DNA of 63,963 nucleotides, the filler included, from Octopus bimaculoides (lineage: Eukaryota): the NCBI RefSeq assembly GCF_001194135.2. It is 5 parts of 5 records of this genome, joined end to end, with 100 filler letters (N's around TTAATTAATTAA, not from the genome) between each part and the next. Parts side by side here need not be neighbours in the genome. Positions count along the whole stretch, not along the records: positions 28,814 to 55,418 come from NC_068981.1; positions 55,519 to 56,933 come from NC_069003.1; positions 57,034 to 59,322 come from NC_069009.1; positions 59,423 to 63,963 come from NC_068987.1; 1 more part is not named here. One strand, 5' to 3'. Positions within the stretch are counted from its first letter, which is position 1; each line of letters opens with the position of its first letter. The notes under the pieces were generated by a model. That model did not search any database. It was not told the DNA's origin and was given only the letters and a program-made list of their open reading frames with translations. Position numbers and translations under genes: made by a program. Positions 50,009-62,779 of this stretch are shown here, in pieces.

Positions 50009-50512
50009 TACGAGGGGACGTAAAAAAATTATCCGCAATTTTGCCATAACATATCTTTATTATTGTCACACTGCCTTCTGCACATGCCTGCTTATAGTTG
50101 GTACTATTGTGGTCATGTGGTCGAAGTTTGACCATGATCACGCCATTTTTCTTTCTGGCTTTACAGTGTAAACATGGCCGCTCCACTAATATTGTGCACC
50201 AAAGAAAAACAAGGAGCAATGATTCGATTTCTCTGGTCGAAGGTGTGTCAGGTGATGAAATTCATCGGCGGCTTTTAGCATAATACGGAGACAGTTCACT
50301 ACTGCGTAGAAGTGTGTATGAGTGGATCGAGAAGTTTAAAACTGGCCCGACAAGCGTGACGCACAAAGAGGGAGCAAGACACCTGTTAACCTCCACTACT
50401 GATGAGAAGATTCAGTAAGCTCGAGAGATTGTAATAGTGAAGAAAGCAGTATGACAAGAAAGTGCGTATATGTTATGGCGAAAGCGCGGATAATTTTCTA
50501 CTTCCCCTCGTG
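50009..50512 (+). mobile_element. Internally deleted mariner with both TIRs
   Basis: ~45-bp TIRs (TACGAGGGG..AAATTATCCGC..GCCATAACATAT) flanked by TA; encodes MAAPLILCTKEKQGAMIRFLW..EIHRRLLA*YG..SVYEWIEKFK HTH. Confidence 0.85.
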
Positions 50513-50977
50513 TATATATGTATGTATANNNNNNNNNNNNNNNNNNNNNNNNNNNNNNNNNNNNNNNNNNNNNNNNNNNNNNNNNNNNNNNNNNNNNNNN
50601 NNNNNNNNNNNNNNNNNNNNNNNNNNNNNNNNNNNNNNNNNNNNNNNNNNNNNNNNNNNNNNNNNNNNNNNNNNNNNNNNNNNNNNNNNNNNNNNNNNNN
50701 NNNNNNNNNNNNNNNNNNNNNNNNNNNNNNNNNNNNNNNNNNNNNNNNNNNNNNNNNNNNNNNNNNNNNNNNNNNNNNNNNNNNNNNNNNNNNNNNNNNN
50801 NNNNNNNNNNNNNNNNNNNNNNNNNNNNNNNNNNNNNNNNNNNNNNNNNNNNNNNNNNNNNNNNNNNNNNNNNNNNNNNNNNNNNNNNNNNNNNNNNNNN
50901 NNNNNNNNNNNNNNNNNNNNNNNNNNNNNNNNNNNNNNNNNNNNNNNNNNNNNNNNNNNNNNNNNNNNNNNNNNNNN

Positions 50978-51043
<66 letters not shown>

Positions 51044-51119
51044 CAAAGAGGTGATACCGGAAGAAAACAAAGATTGTGTAATGAACTTCATTAGCTTACA
51101 GTTGTTTCTGTTATAAGAC

Positions 51120-51372
51120 ATGGTCGAAGCATACTCAATGTCACTGTAGCAGACTTCCCACGTTTAACACAAAATTTCATGTTGGCTCTTTATTCCTGTC
51201 CATGATAAAATCGCATACTATATCATGCATGTGATCACAAAAACACAAACTTCACAACTTGCGAAGTAAACACAGCGATGTCACAGCTAGCTCTTACTGC
51301 ACACGCAACCTTGTACTGCCATCTATTGGCGCGCTATAGAACTAGTCCGGGAACATTTTGATATCACCTCGT
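51120..51372 (-). mobile_element. Mariner-like terminal fragment
   Basis: Terminus TACGAGGTGATATCAAAATGTTCCCGGACT on the minus strand. Confidence 0.55.
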
Positions 51373-51454
51373 ATACTTTTTCTTTTTGTCATATATGTAC
51401 GTGCATGTACGTATATATTACGTACATGTGTATATATGAATGTATGCGTGTGAC

Positions 51455-51600
51455 TGTAAGGTAAGAAGCTTGTTTCATAACTGCATGGTTCCGGGTTCAG
51501 TCCACTGCATGGCACTTTGGGCAAGTGTCTTCTACTATAGCCTCGGGCTATAGTAGAAGCCTTCTGAGTGGATTTGGTAGACAGAAGCTAAAAGTCTGTT
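51455..51600 (+). mobile_element. tRNA/CORE-type SINE 5' half
   Basis: Match to the family. Confidence 0.8.
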
Positions 51601-51754
51601 GCTGTCATTTTAAACCGGTTGCTGTCTTTCCCCAGCAAACTCTCTTCTTTGGAGGCATAATCTATGTATATATTAAACAGAACAACAAAAGTTATAATAG
51701 ATGGCAGGGTCGGTACTTTTCACATTTCTGTAACTTTTCAGATTAACACCCGCA

Positions 51755-51861
51755 CGTTTACCCAACCCTAATCCTAAACCTAATCCTAACACTAACCCTA
51801 ACACTAACCCTAAACCCTAACCCTAAAACCCTAACCCTAAAACCTTAACCGTAACACTAAT
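51755..51861. repeat. Interstitial telomere-like (CCCTAA variant) array running into an N gap
   Basis: CCCTAA, CCTAAA, CACTAA, CCCTAAAA units. Confidence 0.8.
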
Positions 51862-52999
51862 NNNNNNNNNNNNNNNNNNNNNNNNNNNNNNNNNNNNNNN
51901 NNNNNNNNNNNNNNNNNNNNNNNNNNNNNNNNNNNNNNNNNNNNNNNNNNNNNNNNNNNNNNNNNNNNNNNNNNNNNNNNNNNNNNNNNNNNNNNNNNNN
52001 NNNNNNNNNNNNNNNNNNNNNNNNNNNNNNNNNNNNNNNNNNNNNNNNNNNNNNNNNNNNNNNNNNNNNNNNNNNNNNNNNNNNNNNNNNNNNNNNNNNN
52101 NNNNNNNNNNNNNNNNNNNNNNNNNNNNNNNNNNNNNNNNNNNNNNNNNNNNNNNNNNNNNNNNNNNNNNNNNNNNNNNNNNNNNNNNNNNNNNNNNNNN
52201 NNNNNNNNNNNNNNNNNNNNNNNNNNNNNNNNNNNNNNNNNNNNNNNNNNNNNNNNNNNNNNNNNNNNNNNNNNNNNNNNNNNNNNNNNNNNNNNNNNNN
52301 NNNNNNNNNNNNNNNNNNNNNNNNNNNNNNNNNNNNNNNNNNNNNNNNNNNNNNNNNNNNNNNNNNNNNNNNNNNNNNNNNNNNNNNNNNNNNNNNNNNN
52401 NNNNNNNNNNNNNNNNNNNNNNNNNNNNNNNNNNNNNNNNNNNNNNNNNNNNNNNNNNNNNNNNNNNNNNNNNNNNNNNNNNNNNNNNNNNNNNNNNNNN
52501 NNNNNNNNNNNNNNNNNNNNNNNNNNNNNNNNNNNNNNNNNNNNNNNNNNNNNNNNNNNNNNNNNNNNNNNNNNNNNNNNNNNNNNNNNNNNNNNNNNNN
52601 NGTTATGAAAAATAGGTAAAGAATACTGAGATGAAAGTTTAATCTATGACGTTGTATGTATCACTTTCTCTCTATCTCCCTCTCCCTCTTTTACTCTTAC
52701 TCTCTATATTTTTATGTTGAGCGCGTGTGTAAGAACGACGTTCCAAGTAGAAGGGATGAAATATAAAAATTGCTAGAAACGACATCCAAATCTCCCTTAA
52801 ATCACACAAAGTAAACGGAATTTTAAAAATCTAATTACTGCACTAGAAAGTTCAGATCGAGAAAATTCCATTGATGTAAAAATTTTTACGAAAAAGTGGA
52901 AAATGTGGATTTCTATAAACTTTCAAAAAGGCTTCACACAAACACACAATTTCAGCTTTATATATTAAGATATATATATATATTTTTGATTTTGTCGAC

Positions 53000-53310
53000 T
53001 ACACAGTATAGTAGGGTCCGTTGGTCACCGTATGTGAGAAAAACAACACCATGACGCAATTCACTCTACCAGAAATTTGGAAACGACATGCTGCACTGCT
53101 TGGCATTCGCGCCGGAACCTCCAATACGAACATGTACCGAGAGTGATAAAAATCAAATAGCCAGTCAACATCATGGTGTTTGGAGTGATCACTAGTGATG
53201 GCATCATTTTGCCTCCATTCATCTTCGCACACGGTCCCAGACTCAACATGGAGGCCTACGTCAAGTGTGTGGAGGAGGTAGTGCTGCCTTGGGTCAATTT
53301 CTTCCATAGA
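53000..53310 (+). mobile_element. Internally deleted maT/DD37D-like transposase
   Basis: MTQFTLPEIWKRHAALLGIRAG joined to VNIMVFGVITSDGIILPPFIF..EAYVKCVEEVVLPWV. Confidence 0.75.
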
Positions 53311-54030
53311 TGAATAGCTCGTCGTTGTTGGGCAATTTCTACAATAGAATGTCTTATTCTTATATACATTTTCGTTTATTCTATGTCAGACCATGCCTTC
53401 CCTGATAGATAGGCCGTGCGTTTCCCATGACTTTATTCATTAAAACTTATTAAAACTTCAGAAATTCTTACAACTTTGGTCGTCGTAATGCTTTGCTTTC
53501 ATTTGTTTAATAAAAAAATCCTCTTCGTAATGATTTTGCTGTCATTTTGTGGTAGACAGCTATCACGCAGAAAACGCCAGCTTCTAAATCCTGTTTTCTG
53601 ATTAGGTAAAATTGATTAAACTTTAAACCCCAGTGTCAGGGAAGGGAGGAGACAAGAAGAGACAGAGAGAGAGGGAGAGAGAGAGAGANNNNNNNNNNNN
53701 NNNNNNNNNNNNNNNNNNNNNNNNNNNNNNNNNNNNNNNNNNNNNNNNNNNNNNNNNNNNNNNNNNNNNNNNNNNNNNNNNNNNNNNNNNNNNNNNNNNN
53801 NNNNNNNNNNNNNNNNNNNNNNNNNNNNNNNNNNNNNNNNNNNNNNNNNNNNNNNNNNNNNNNNNNNNNNNNNNNNNNNNNNNNGATACTTTGTTCTTTA
53901 ATTTTTACCTCTCACTTATTATTGAATTAACTGTCGTTTGTTCAGTCAAAACTTTTACAATATGTCCAACAAATGTTAAACTAACAAGTGAAAGGTAAAG
54001 TGTTTTTATATTTGTTTTCAAATCACTGTA

Positions 54031-54990
54031 CAGAGCAACCTCGGTTCTCGAACGTCTCACATGTTGAACAAATCGGTTTTCGAACTGAAAATTCGGGATG
54101 AAAATGCCTCGGTTATCGAACAAAATTTCGGTTCTCGAATAACATTGTCAAACCGGGTCGAACCGAGTTAACACGAACAGAATCATTTCTGAGTCGACCG
54201 CTGTGTTGTATACATTCGTGTGTTGCGCTGTGCTTTTCTTTTCCAATTTTATTGTACTGTGCCTTTTTTCTCTTCATTATCTCTTAGTCGTGGCTCCAAA
54301 GAAAGCTAGTAGTGATACTGGTAAAGGAAAAAGAAAATTGAGAGAAAAACAATTGAAGTGAAGAAAGAAATCATCTCAAAACACGAAAATAGCGTTCATG
54401 TGTCAGATCTCACCGTGCAGTACGGTATGCCTAAATCGACAATATCTACTATTGTTTTTGCCCCGAGTGTTAAAAAATATCTGCAAGAAAAAAACTTGCC
54501 ACTAAAATGCCTTCTGGTGTTAGACAATGCTCCCGCTCACTCTCCAGGTTTTGAAGATGACTTAGTTGAAGAGTTAGATTTTATTCAGGTCAAATACCTG
54601 CCACCTAACCCAACTCCTCTGATACAACCAATGGACCAACAGGTCATTGCAAACTTTAAGAAACTCTACACAAAAGCTCTGTTTCGAAAGTGTTTTCAAG
54701 TCACTAATGACACTCAGTTAATTCTCAGAGAATTTTGGACACATCATTTCAATATCATGAATTGTGTTAATCTTATTGATAATGCATGGAACCAAGTGAG
54801 TTACAGAACCATGAATTCAGCATGGAGGAAACTTTGGCCAGACTGTGTACCAGAACGAGACTTTGGGGGGTTTGAGACAGCTACAAGTACTGCTGCTGTC
54901 GAGAAAATTGCTATTATTGATGATATTGTCTCTAAGGAAAAAACTATAGGCTTGGATGTCGACAGTGAAGATACTGAAGAGCTGGAGGAA
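54031..54990 (+). mobile_element. Tigger/pogo element, internally deleted and 3'-truncated; 213-aa ORF 54358-54999
   Basis: TA|CAGAGCAACCTCGGTTCTCGAAC terminus; YGMPKSTISTI HTH fused to LLVLDNAPAH..YLPPNPTPLIQPMDQQVIANFK DDE_1 motifs. Confidence 0.9.
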
Positions 54991-55265
54991 GGTCATTAAG
55001 CTCTGCAATCATTCTAGGAACTGTACTTTTGTGATCCTTTCTAACAATTCATGTAAGAGTCCGACAGTCCCTATCTGAAAGTTTGGATTTTCTTCCGGAG
55101 TTTTGTTTCGAAGAGCAGATTTTGCCCTCTTTCTCAAAGTCTGTCATTACTTTTGCGACAATACTTCTTGATATACCAAGCATTTCGGCTGTTTTCGTTA
55201 CGTTAACGCCTGCCATACGAGCACCAACAATTTGACGTTTTTTAAGGTCCGATAGATCTGTAATT
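54991..55265 (-). mobile_element. Tc1 transposase N-terminal fragment
   Basis: Minus strand DLSDLKKRQIVGARMAGVNVTKTAEMLGISRSIVAKV..SGRKSKLSDRD..IAELND. Confidence 0.85.
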
Positions 55266-56001
55266 TTAATGAATTTTAATTACCTTTTTCTGATATCTGT
55301 AAAGAAACAGTAATTTTAGCAAAGCATATCAAGCGACATTAATAATAAATGAAAAAAAAACATAAAAATAAACCAGTGTTTGACGGTTTTATAGATATTT
55401 CAAACTTATGATGCTATGNNNNNNNNNNNNNNNNNNNNNNNNNNNNNNNNNNNNNNNNNNNNTTAATTAATTAANNNNNNNNNNNNNNNNNNNNNNNNNN
55501 NNNNNNNNNNNNNNNNNNATATATATATATATATATATATATATATACTTATATATACATAAGACGCAAAGAGACACATTCACGTACGCATGCGTGTGTA
55601 TTTGAACAAACATTTATGTAGAAAGGTGAAAGTGCTTTGCAACCAATAATATGAAAGCCGTCGCGTATAAGAATATGTATATATGTGTGTTCATGTGTGT
55701 ATATATACATATGTGTATGCATGTATGTTTATATGTATATAAGTGTGCTTGTTTTGCAGTCTGTTTGTATGTTTGTGTCTGTGTCTTGTCTTTTGCCTGT
55801 GGCCATGGTATGGCACTTTTAGGTGAGATTTTCTAATATATTTCATTACAATTCCCTGGCCTGCCTTCCGTGTTTGGTTTTGTTAAATTCACTGTTGGGC
55901 ACTCCTTCTCTTATTTACCTATGTGAAAATGTATGTTTTTGTGTGTGTGCCTTTGTGTGTGTGTATGTCTTTATGATTGTGTGTGTGTGTTTGTGTGTGC
56001 A

Positions 56002-56033
<32 letters not shown>

Positions 56034-57921
56034 CATACCTACACAAACATATATATATGTAAATAGATAGATAGGAAACCTGCATCTATTTATTGCACAG
56101 AGTACTGATGGTGTCTGTCGATCGTAACTTCAGACAGGTGTGTCAGATTTTCTAATGCGGACCTAGAATTTGGTCTCATAAGAGAGGACAGAGACGAAAT
56201 AAATCCTGTTAGTAAGAGGAGGGAAGCTCCGATAATCATACCAAACTCTCGCCTTAGTTTGATAAGCTTTTGATCGCGCCCAAGAAGATTTAAGGCTTAG
56301 ATCTTCACGTTGGGATTCGAAAGGAAAGTACGGATACTTATATTTAAACGAAGCAATGCATGCAACATTCTAATGATTCTGCATTTTGCTGACAATCGAA
56401 AAAGTGAAGTTTCTACAATATTGTAAGGAGACCTGGAGGAATGGTAAAATGATGCTTTAATGGCTATTCAAGCAATGTATTCGTAGATGATTAACGGATT
56501 GATTGTGGTGCCGTAGAAACACCAATATGTCTTGAAATATACATATATACTCATTGCCATTCTTCACATAGTCGTATTTGTATACGAAACGTCCTAACAT
56601 TAAGCGGTGACTCTACATATCATGAATTACCTGTAGAGACCACTTAATAGTGATTAAATTGCACTGATAAGACAAATGATAACACATATTATTAACTTAT
56701 AAACCCTTATTAGATTTGGTAGTATTTTATGGTTACTAAGCGAAATACGGTGACCCTACCAGCAATGACTATATATACATGCTTTTCTTTTACAAGATAC
56801 CGTTCTCAAAACATGGACTTCTCACTTCTATATTAATCATAGACTGCAGATATGCACGTGTGTGTGAGGGGGGGGTGCAATAAAAATGCTTGCAGATTAT
56901 TCATTGCCGTCATTACTGTGTAATTATCTCCCANNNNNNNNNNNNNNNNNNNNNNNNNNNNNNNNNNNNNNNNNNNNTTAATTAATTAANNNNNNNNNNN
57001 NNNNNNNNNNNNNNNNNNNNNNNNNNNNNNNNNTATATATATATATGTATGTATGGACATACATATATATATATATAATGAAGGTAGAACTTGATATCAA
57101 TCAATCAACATCAATTTAAACCATTGGTCTAGCATATTAAAAAATTCCGAAGACTTAAAAATTATATTATAATTAATAAGAGGAATGACCAGAAATAGGA
57201 TTCCTAATATGTTAAAGATAGACATCAAATCGCCTTACCACAAAGAGTGTGTTCTCAACAAAAAAATCTCAGCAAGTGCGAGAATGTAAAAATAAGTAAG
57301 ACAAAATAAAATGATTACCTACGCAAAATGAAATATAGTTTATGTAGTTCTGATCAGTAATTAGCTGAGGTAAAAGCTATTAATGTCAATAACATGTTTT
57401 ATCCGATGTTCTCAATGCTAAAATTGTTAAAAAACCAGGTAGTTCTTTGTCTTTGCAATCACCTTCAATTATCAGCACTTATTTGAAACACATTGAACCT
57501 GAAAATGCATAAATTTGAGTAAAATCGGCCTGCAGACACTTTCCTCCTGTTAATAAGTACATTTAACAAAAATTCTATCAGATGACGCGAGTATAAACAA
57601 ATTTATTGAAACAAATACGGAAATCAATCACAGTTTAATTATCCAGAGATTCTAAATATACGATGTTCTGAGTGTGTCTGTTAATTGGTGTACAAATGAA
57701 AAGATTTTGGGGACTTCCAACTCATGAACATCCTACAAATAATTGCGCATGAAAGAAGCAATGTGAAGTCCAACAACCTTGAAAGACTGTCCTCAAGACA
57801 TGGTTATTCAATATCATGTTTATTATAGAGATTATGTAACAAATTATACTTTACACTTCTATATTTAACTGTGTATGTATATTCCCATTTTTGCTTCTGG
57901 TGTCTTCTGCCTCTCTATAAG

Positions 57922-57975
57922 AAGCATTTACCTGGAAATTTACTAGAAGTGAAAAAAAAAAATCGTATGCAACAG
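57922..57975 (+). CDS. Candidate 54-bp exon KHLPGNLLEVKKKNRMQQ
   Basis: Pyrimidine-rich ctctctataag| acceptor, CAG|GTAAGT donor, phase 0-0. Confidence 0.25.
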
Positions 57976-58521
57976 GTAAGTCGTCTTAATAACATATATG
58001 TGTGTACCAGACATTTAGCTGTTATTTTTTTAGCATGAGTTTTCTGGTGGCAGCTTCATTTGTCTGTTGCTTCAGTAGAATCTATGGATGCACAAAAGCA
58101 CAAAACAGAGAAAAAATAACAAATATGGATGACTTGTTCTGAAACACCCCTGAGTGAGGAACAGTTCTCAAAAATAACCTCAAATTGTTTTCCCTCCCAA
58201 ATTCTTATATGCTCGGAATCAACATAGTCCAAGGTATATTCGTAGATAATTTCATGAAAAAATATCAATTTTCATGAAAGTTAAGCGAATTGAAGTGGAC
58301 TCTGGTGAATTTTCCGTCAATCCTCCTCCACCCCTCCTAAAACACTTTCTCCAAAAAATTTTGTATATTCGGAATCTACATGATATAACACATATTCGTA
58401 GAAAACTTCATTAAAAAATATCCATATCCATTTTTCTGAAAGTTATAATCATCCAAAGTCGGTGGGGGTGGGGTAGAAACTTGTAGTTATGCCCTGTTGA
58501 CAATTGATCAATTAAATGAAA

Positions 58522-58558
<37 letters not shown>

Positions 58559-59511
58559 AATAGGTATATATCTTACACAAATTGAAAGCCAGAGAAGAAT
58601 AGAAAAAAAAAATGAAAGTAAATTTAGAAATTCTTTCTTATCTGAAATCGTTACAACTCTAATGATGTATACAGACGTGTGTGTGTATGTCTGTGTGTGT
58701 TGACATTGACAAAACAATTAAATGAAAGTGTTAATAAGTCGATTTGCACCAAGAATAATCGCAGGAGATTTAAATGTGAAATATCAAGTCTTAATAAGGT
58801 GACTTGTTCCAAAAATGTCTGAAACATGTATTGGAAAATCAATGTAGAATATATAGTACCTCATTTAATTAACTGAGAAGAAGGCATCTATCTCTGTACG
58901 AAATCTGTAATGATGTATATATACGTGTGTGTGTAAATTTCTGGTTAGGATGCCAAAGACAGGAAGTTCAAAACACAGAAAGTTGAGAAAACGATTTGAA
59001 GAAGTGAATCTTTATATATAGAGCAATATTATTTATTTTTAATAAAAGAAAATAAACCAAGACCATATTATTCTTTTCAAGGTCAGATTATTCATGTACC
59101 CCAAGTATGGCACAGATTGATCCCAAGGTTTGAGTGTGCATCGAGGACACACACACCCACACACACAGAGTGGGTATTTTATATATAAAGATTAAACTGT
59201 AATGTGTAATATAAATATATCAAATTGTAAGATCCTGTTATTGATCCTGCTATGGCTAAGGAGAAACATAATTAGCGTGTGGTTACACACACACACACGC
59301 ATATAATTATTTGGACCTTGGGNNNNNNNNNNNNNNNNNNNNNNNNNNNNNNNNNNNNNNNNNNNNTTAATTAATTAANNNNNNNNNNNNNNNNNNNNNN
59401 NNNNNNNNNNNNNNNNNNNNNNTTTTTCCATATTTTTCTCCCCATAAACAAATTTTATGGAATGATGATGTCCAAGTAAGACACTTGTAGTCCCAACCGA
59501 GCGAGACCGTG

Positions 59512-59549
<38 letters not shown>

Positions 59550-60147
59550 AAAAACCACCTGAAAATGACGCGTACATTATTAAATATGCTAAGACAATCT
59601 GAAAACCATAGAAATTTTAGACGTTTACTGGTTTTTAGGAAATTTGGTGGTTAACAGACTTGAGCTAAATGAAACGGAAATTAATTAGTCCGATAATGAT
59701 TTTCAAAGTTAACTTAAAAGTTAAATCGTTAACGAAAATGTTAATTAACGATTAACGGATTGTAGCGGGATGTGTAGTCAAAGGTATTGGTGAAGCAGAT
59801 GAATATTGGCGTGTTGCACGACATCAAAGGAAAACAATGAGGAAAGCGTGGAAATGTAGTTCAAATAATTTATTTGATCAACACTTGCATTTACGTGTTG
59901 GATACACAAAGCTTGATTTCCAATAATCAATGAAGGTCGCTACATGAAGTTACCAACTGCCTCGAGTTGGCGAAACCTCGACGTGATATGGCATGTCACC
60001 TCAGCCGCTACAGGATTAACGGACCTACGCCCAGCTCTGCATATATATATATATATATANNNNNNNNNNNNNNNNNNNNNNNNNNNNNNACTAAATTAGC
60101 ATAGAATAATGGTTTCATATTTTTTTATAATGAAGATCTAAACTGTT

Positions 60148-60200
<53 letters not shown>

Positions 60201-60449
60201 TACATTTAAACACATAAGAGGTATCTATCGTAGGATTCCCTCACGCTAGAAAGAACAGCTAAGTTCCAAACCACTATTAGGGATAAAATTTCGAAGGGAG
60301 TGAAAAATGTCCACAATTTATCAGTGTGATCGTCATAGCAAAATATAATTTGCAGAACTTACGTAAGTATTACGTAAGTGGTAACAATGAAATCGGGTTT
60401 GTGATTAATCTTTATATTTTGTATCTTTTCATTTGTCTTGCTCACTTAC

Positions 60450-60552
60450 GGTTCTGGCGTTTGCCGAATTTTCTTGAGAACAATCTTTTCTTAGTGGTCA
60501 GACCATATAGGGGGTCTACATCTAGCATAATGGATGTCCACTTAGTGGTCAT
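60450..60552 (-). CDS. Candidate ATG-bearing exon MTTKWTSIMLDVDPLYGLTTKKRLFSRKFGKRQN
   Basis: Open frame from ATG to consensus donor C|GTAAGT at 60449; no good acceptor. Confidence 0.2.
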
Positions 60553-60670
60553 CCCTCTTTTATGTATGTAATATAATTTTTCTGAATATTCAGAATTTTC
60601 AATATGCTAGGCCATTGGTTTTAAATTGATATTAATCAAATTAATATTCAATTTTTCACCCTTATAATTT

Positions 60671-60716
<46 letters not shown>

Positions 60717-61557
60717 TGTTTATATATATATCACAAAATTTAAATAAGAGCTTTGACGCTAAATCCATATGTATTAAAGTTTATTACCTATGTATACATT
60801 TCTGTATATGATCAAATTCAACTCTTAATTCAAGTTAAATAAGTAAACTAAGTAAATTAAATAATATATATATACACATGTATTTACATACACACACACA
60901 GATGGAATACGCGCGCGAGTGGTAATAAACTAGGTTAAAGTTTCCATTCTCATATTTGTAATGTATGTTCGCTGTTTTCTTCTGTTCTTTTTTTTATATT
61001 TATTTATTACTTGTTGATAACTGTCAGTTGTTCCGTGAGTAAGTGTTTACTTAGCAAACAACTTTCATTTTTACTATTTGCAACTGTATAAATTTTCTGT
61101 TTGTTCATTTTCCGTAGAAACAATTTACGTCACTAGAGGAAGAAACCGGAACTTATTACAGACTCTGCTTGGCGATAGGCTTTTCTGTCAGTCAACAAGA
61201 AATGCATTTAACTTAGTGTTATGTATTCTTTTGTTCTTTGTGGGATAATAAACAACTCACTGAAGGCATTGTTATGTTTCTACGTGCTTACTTTATTTGA
61301 CATGTTTACAAACAGTGTCTATAGCGGAGTGATACATGCTGTGCGTATCTGCCTCAAACACAGTTCATACTACTTAGTGGATGCGCTTAACAAAATAGTA
61401 CTACTAGTGAAGATGTATTCATATATACGTATACCTACGCATGCACATAGATGTGAACATATAACACTTAGCTATGAACAAACACATTCCAGCAACAGCT
61501 TGTCATTTTTAACTCTTTTCTTTTTAAGAGTATCTATTGCTATTATATAACGTGTGA

Positions 61558-62230
61558 GTTAAGGCGGTGAGCGAACAGAATTGTTATCCCACAGGATAAA
61601 ATGTTTAGCGACAGTTCTCCCTTCCTTAGGTTCTGAATTCAAATTCAGCCGAGGTCGACTTTGTCTTTGGTCTGTAGCAGTCAGAGCACTACACTTGATG
61701 TCGCGATTCGCTAGAATATTACCCACTTTATAAAATAAATAAATAAATAAAATTAACCAATCACGACTAGAACACAATTCCATCTTTTCACGCCTTTCTC
61801 TCTGAGCCTATCCAGCACTATAAATTCAGCACACCTTAGCTACTTGATAGAGAGCATTGAGAGACACCAGAGACCAGATGTAGATGGAATAAAACAACTA
61901 CTGACCCAGGCCGACTGCAGCTAAACAATGACAAACGACGACAGCAACACCAACAGCAACTAACCACAACTGTGACTGCTGCTACAATCACACATAAAAC
62001 AATAATATTCAAACTCTCGATGTTTTGTCGTTCGTTGTAACGACAGCATTTTCTTTGAGTTTACGGGAAGAATAAAAATTTTATTTAATCTCACATATTC
62101 AGTGTTTTTCGTAACACATTCTTTCGGGGAGCAATAAAATAAGTACCAGTTGAGCACTGGTTCGATGTAATCGGCCTCCCCCATCTTTCCAAATTTACTG
62201 CCCTTGTGCCAAAGTAAGAAAGGATTATAT
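61558..62230 (+). mobile_element. Nin/Deu-like SINE split into head (61558-61672) and tail (62117-62230)
   Basis: GCCGAGGTCGACTTTG ends the head; CTTTCGGGGAGCAATAAAATAAGTACCAG resumes after the insert, collinear with the 32568-32782 copy. Confidence 0.75.
61673..62116 (+). mobile_element. Possible solo LTR (444 bp)
   Basis: TGT...ACA ends, TATAAA and AATAAA inside, interrupts a SINE; no clear TSD. Confidence 0.45.
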
Positions 62231-62491
62231 AACGTATACTGTTTTATGACGGTGCAGTACGATTTCAAGAGAAATTTGCCTGCTATTTCTAGTTGCTTGA
62301 ACAACTCCGTAGAGACTCCAGCGTTGGTGGCTATATAAGTCATGGGCAAACTGCGACCCGTAGGACTTTCTGAATGACACGCCAACGAAAAATTACTTTG
62401 AATTACCTTTTAGTACTGCAGCCTGTTTGGTGATGATCCAGTCTCATACAGATTAAATCTCAAAAATGTTACCCATGCCTGTTCTAAACTA

Positions 62492-62719
62492 TTGGGTTGT
62501 CCGGAAAGTTCGTGCCGATTTATAGTAGCTTACCTTTCGACTTATTTGCCATGAAACCACCTCAATTCTGGGAAGAGGGTATTTTCAAGTTAAAGGAAAG
62601 ATGGAGACGTATTGTGCAACAAAATGGTTCATATTTGGTTGAATAAAAATGTAATGACATGTATTTATTGACCTTTTTCTTTCCTTTAAAAATCGGCACG
62701 AACTTTCCGGACAACCCAA
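62492..62719 (+). mobile_element. Young mariner-derived MITE (228 bp)
   Basis: Perfect 30-bp TIRs TTGGGTTGTCCGGAAAGTTCGTGCCGATTT, TA TSD; interior encodes mariner C-terminus FWEEGIFKLKERWRRIVQQNGSYLVE. Confidence 0.95.
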
Positions 62720-62779
62720 TAATTGTAGCAAATAACACAGATTTCCAGCCAAGTGCTGAGACACTAATCTATCTTCTAC

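Noticed and set aside
59943-59976. CCAACT/AGTTGG hairpin followed by CGAAAC
   Set aside because: Upstream core is not CUGANGA and there is no NUH or helix I
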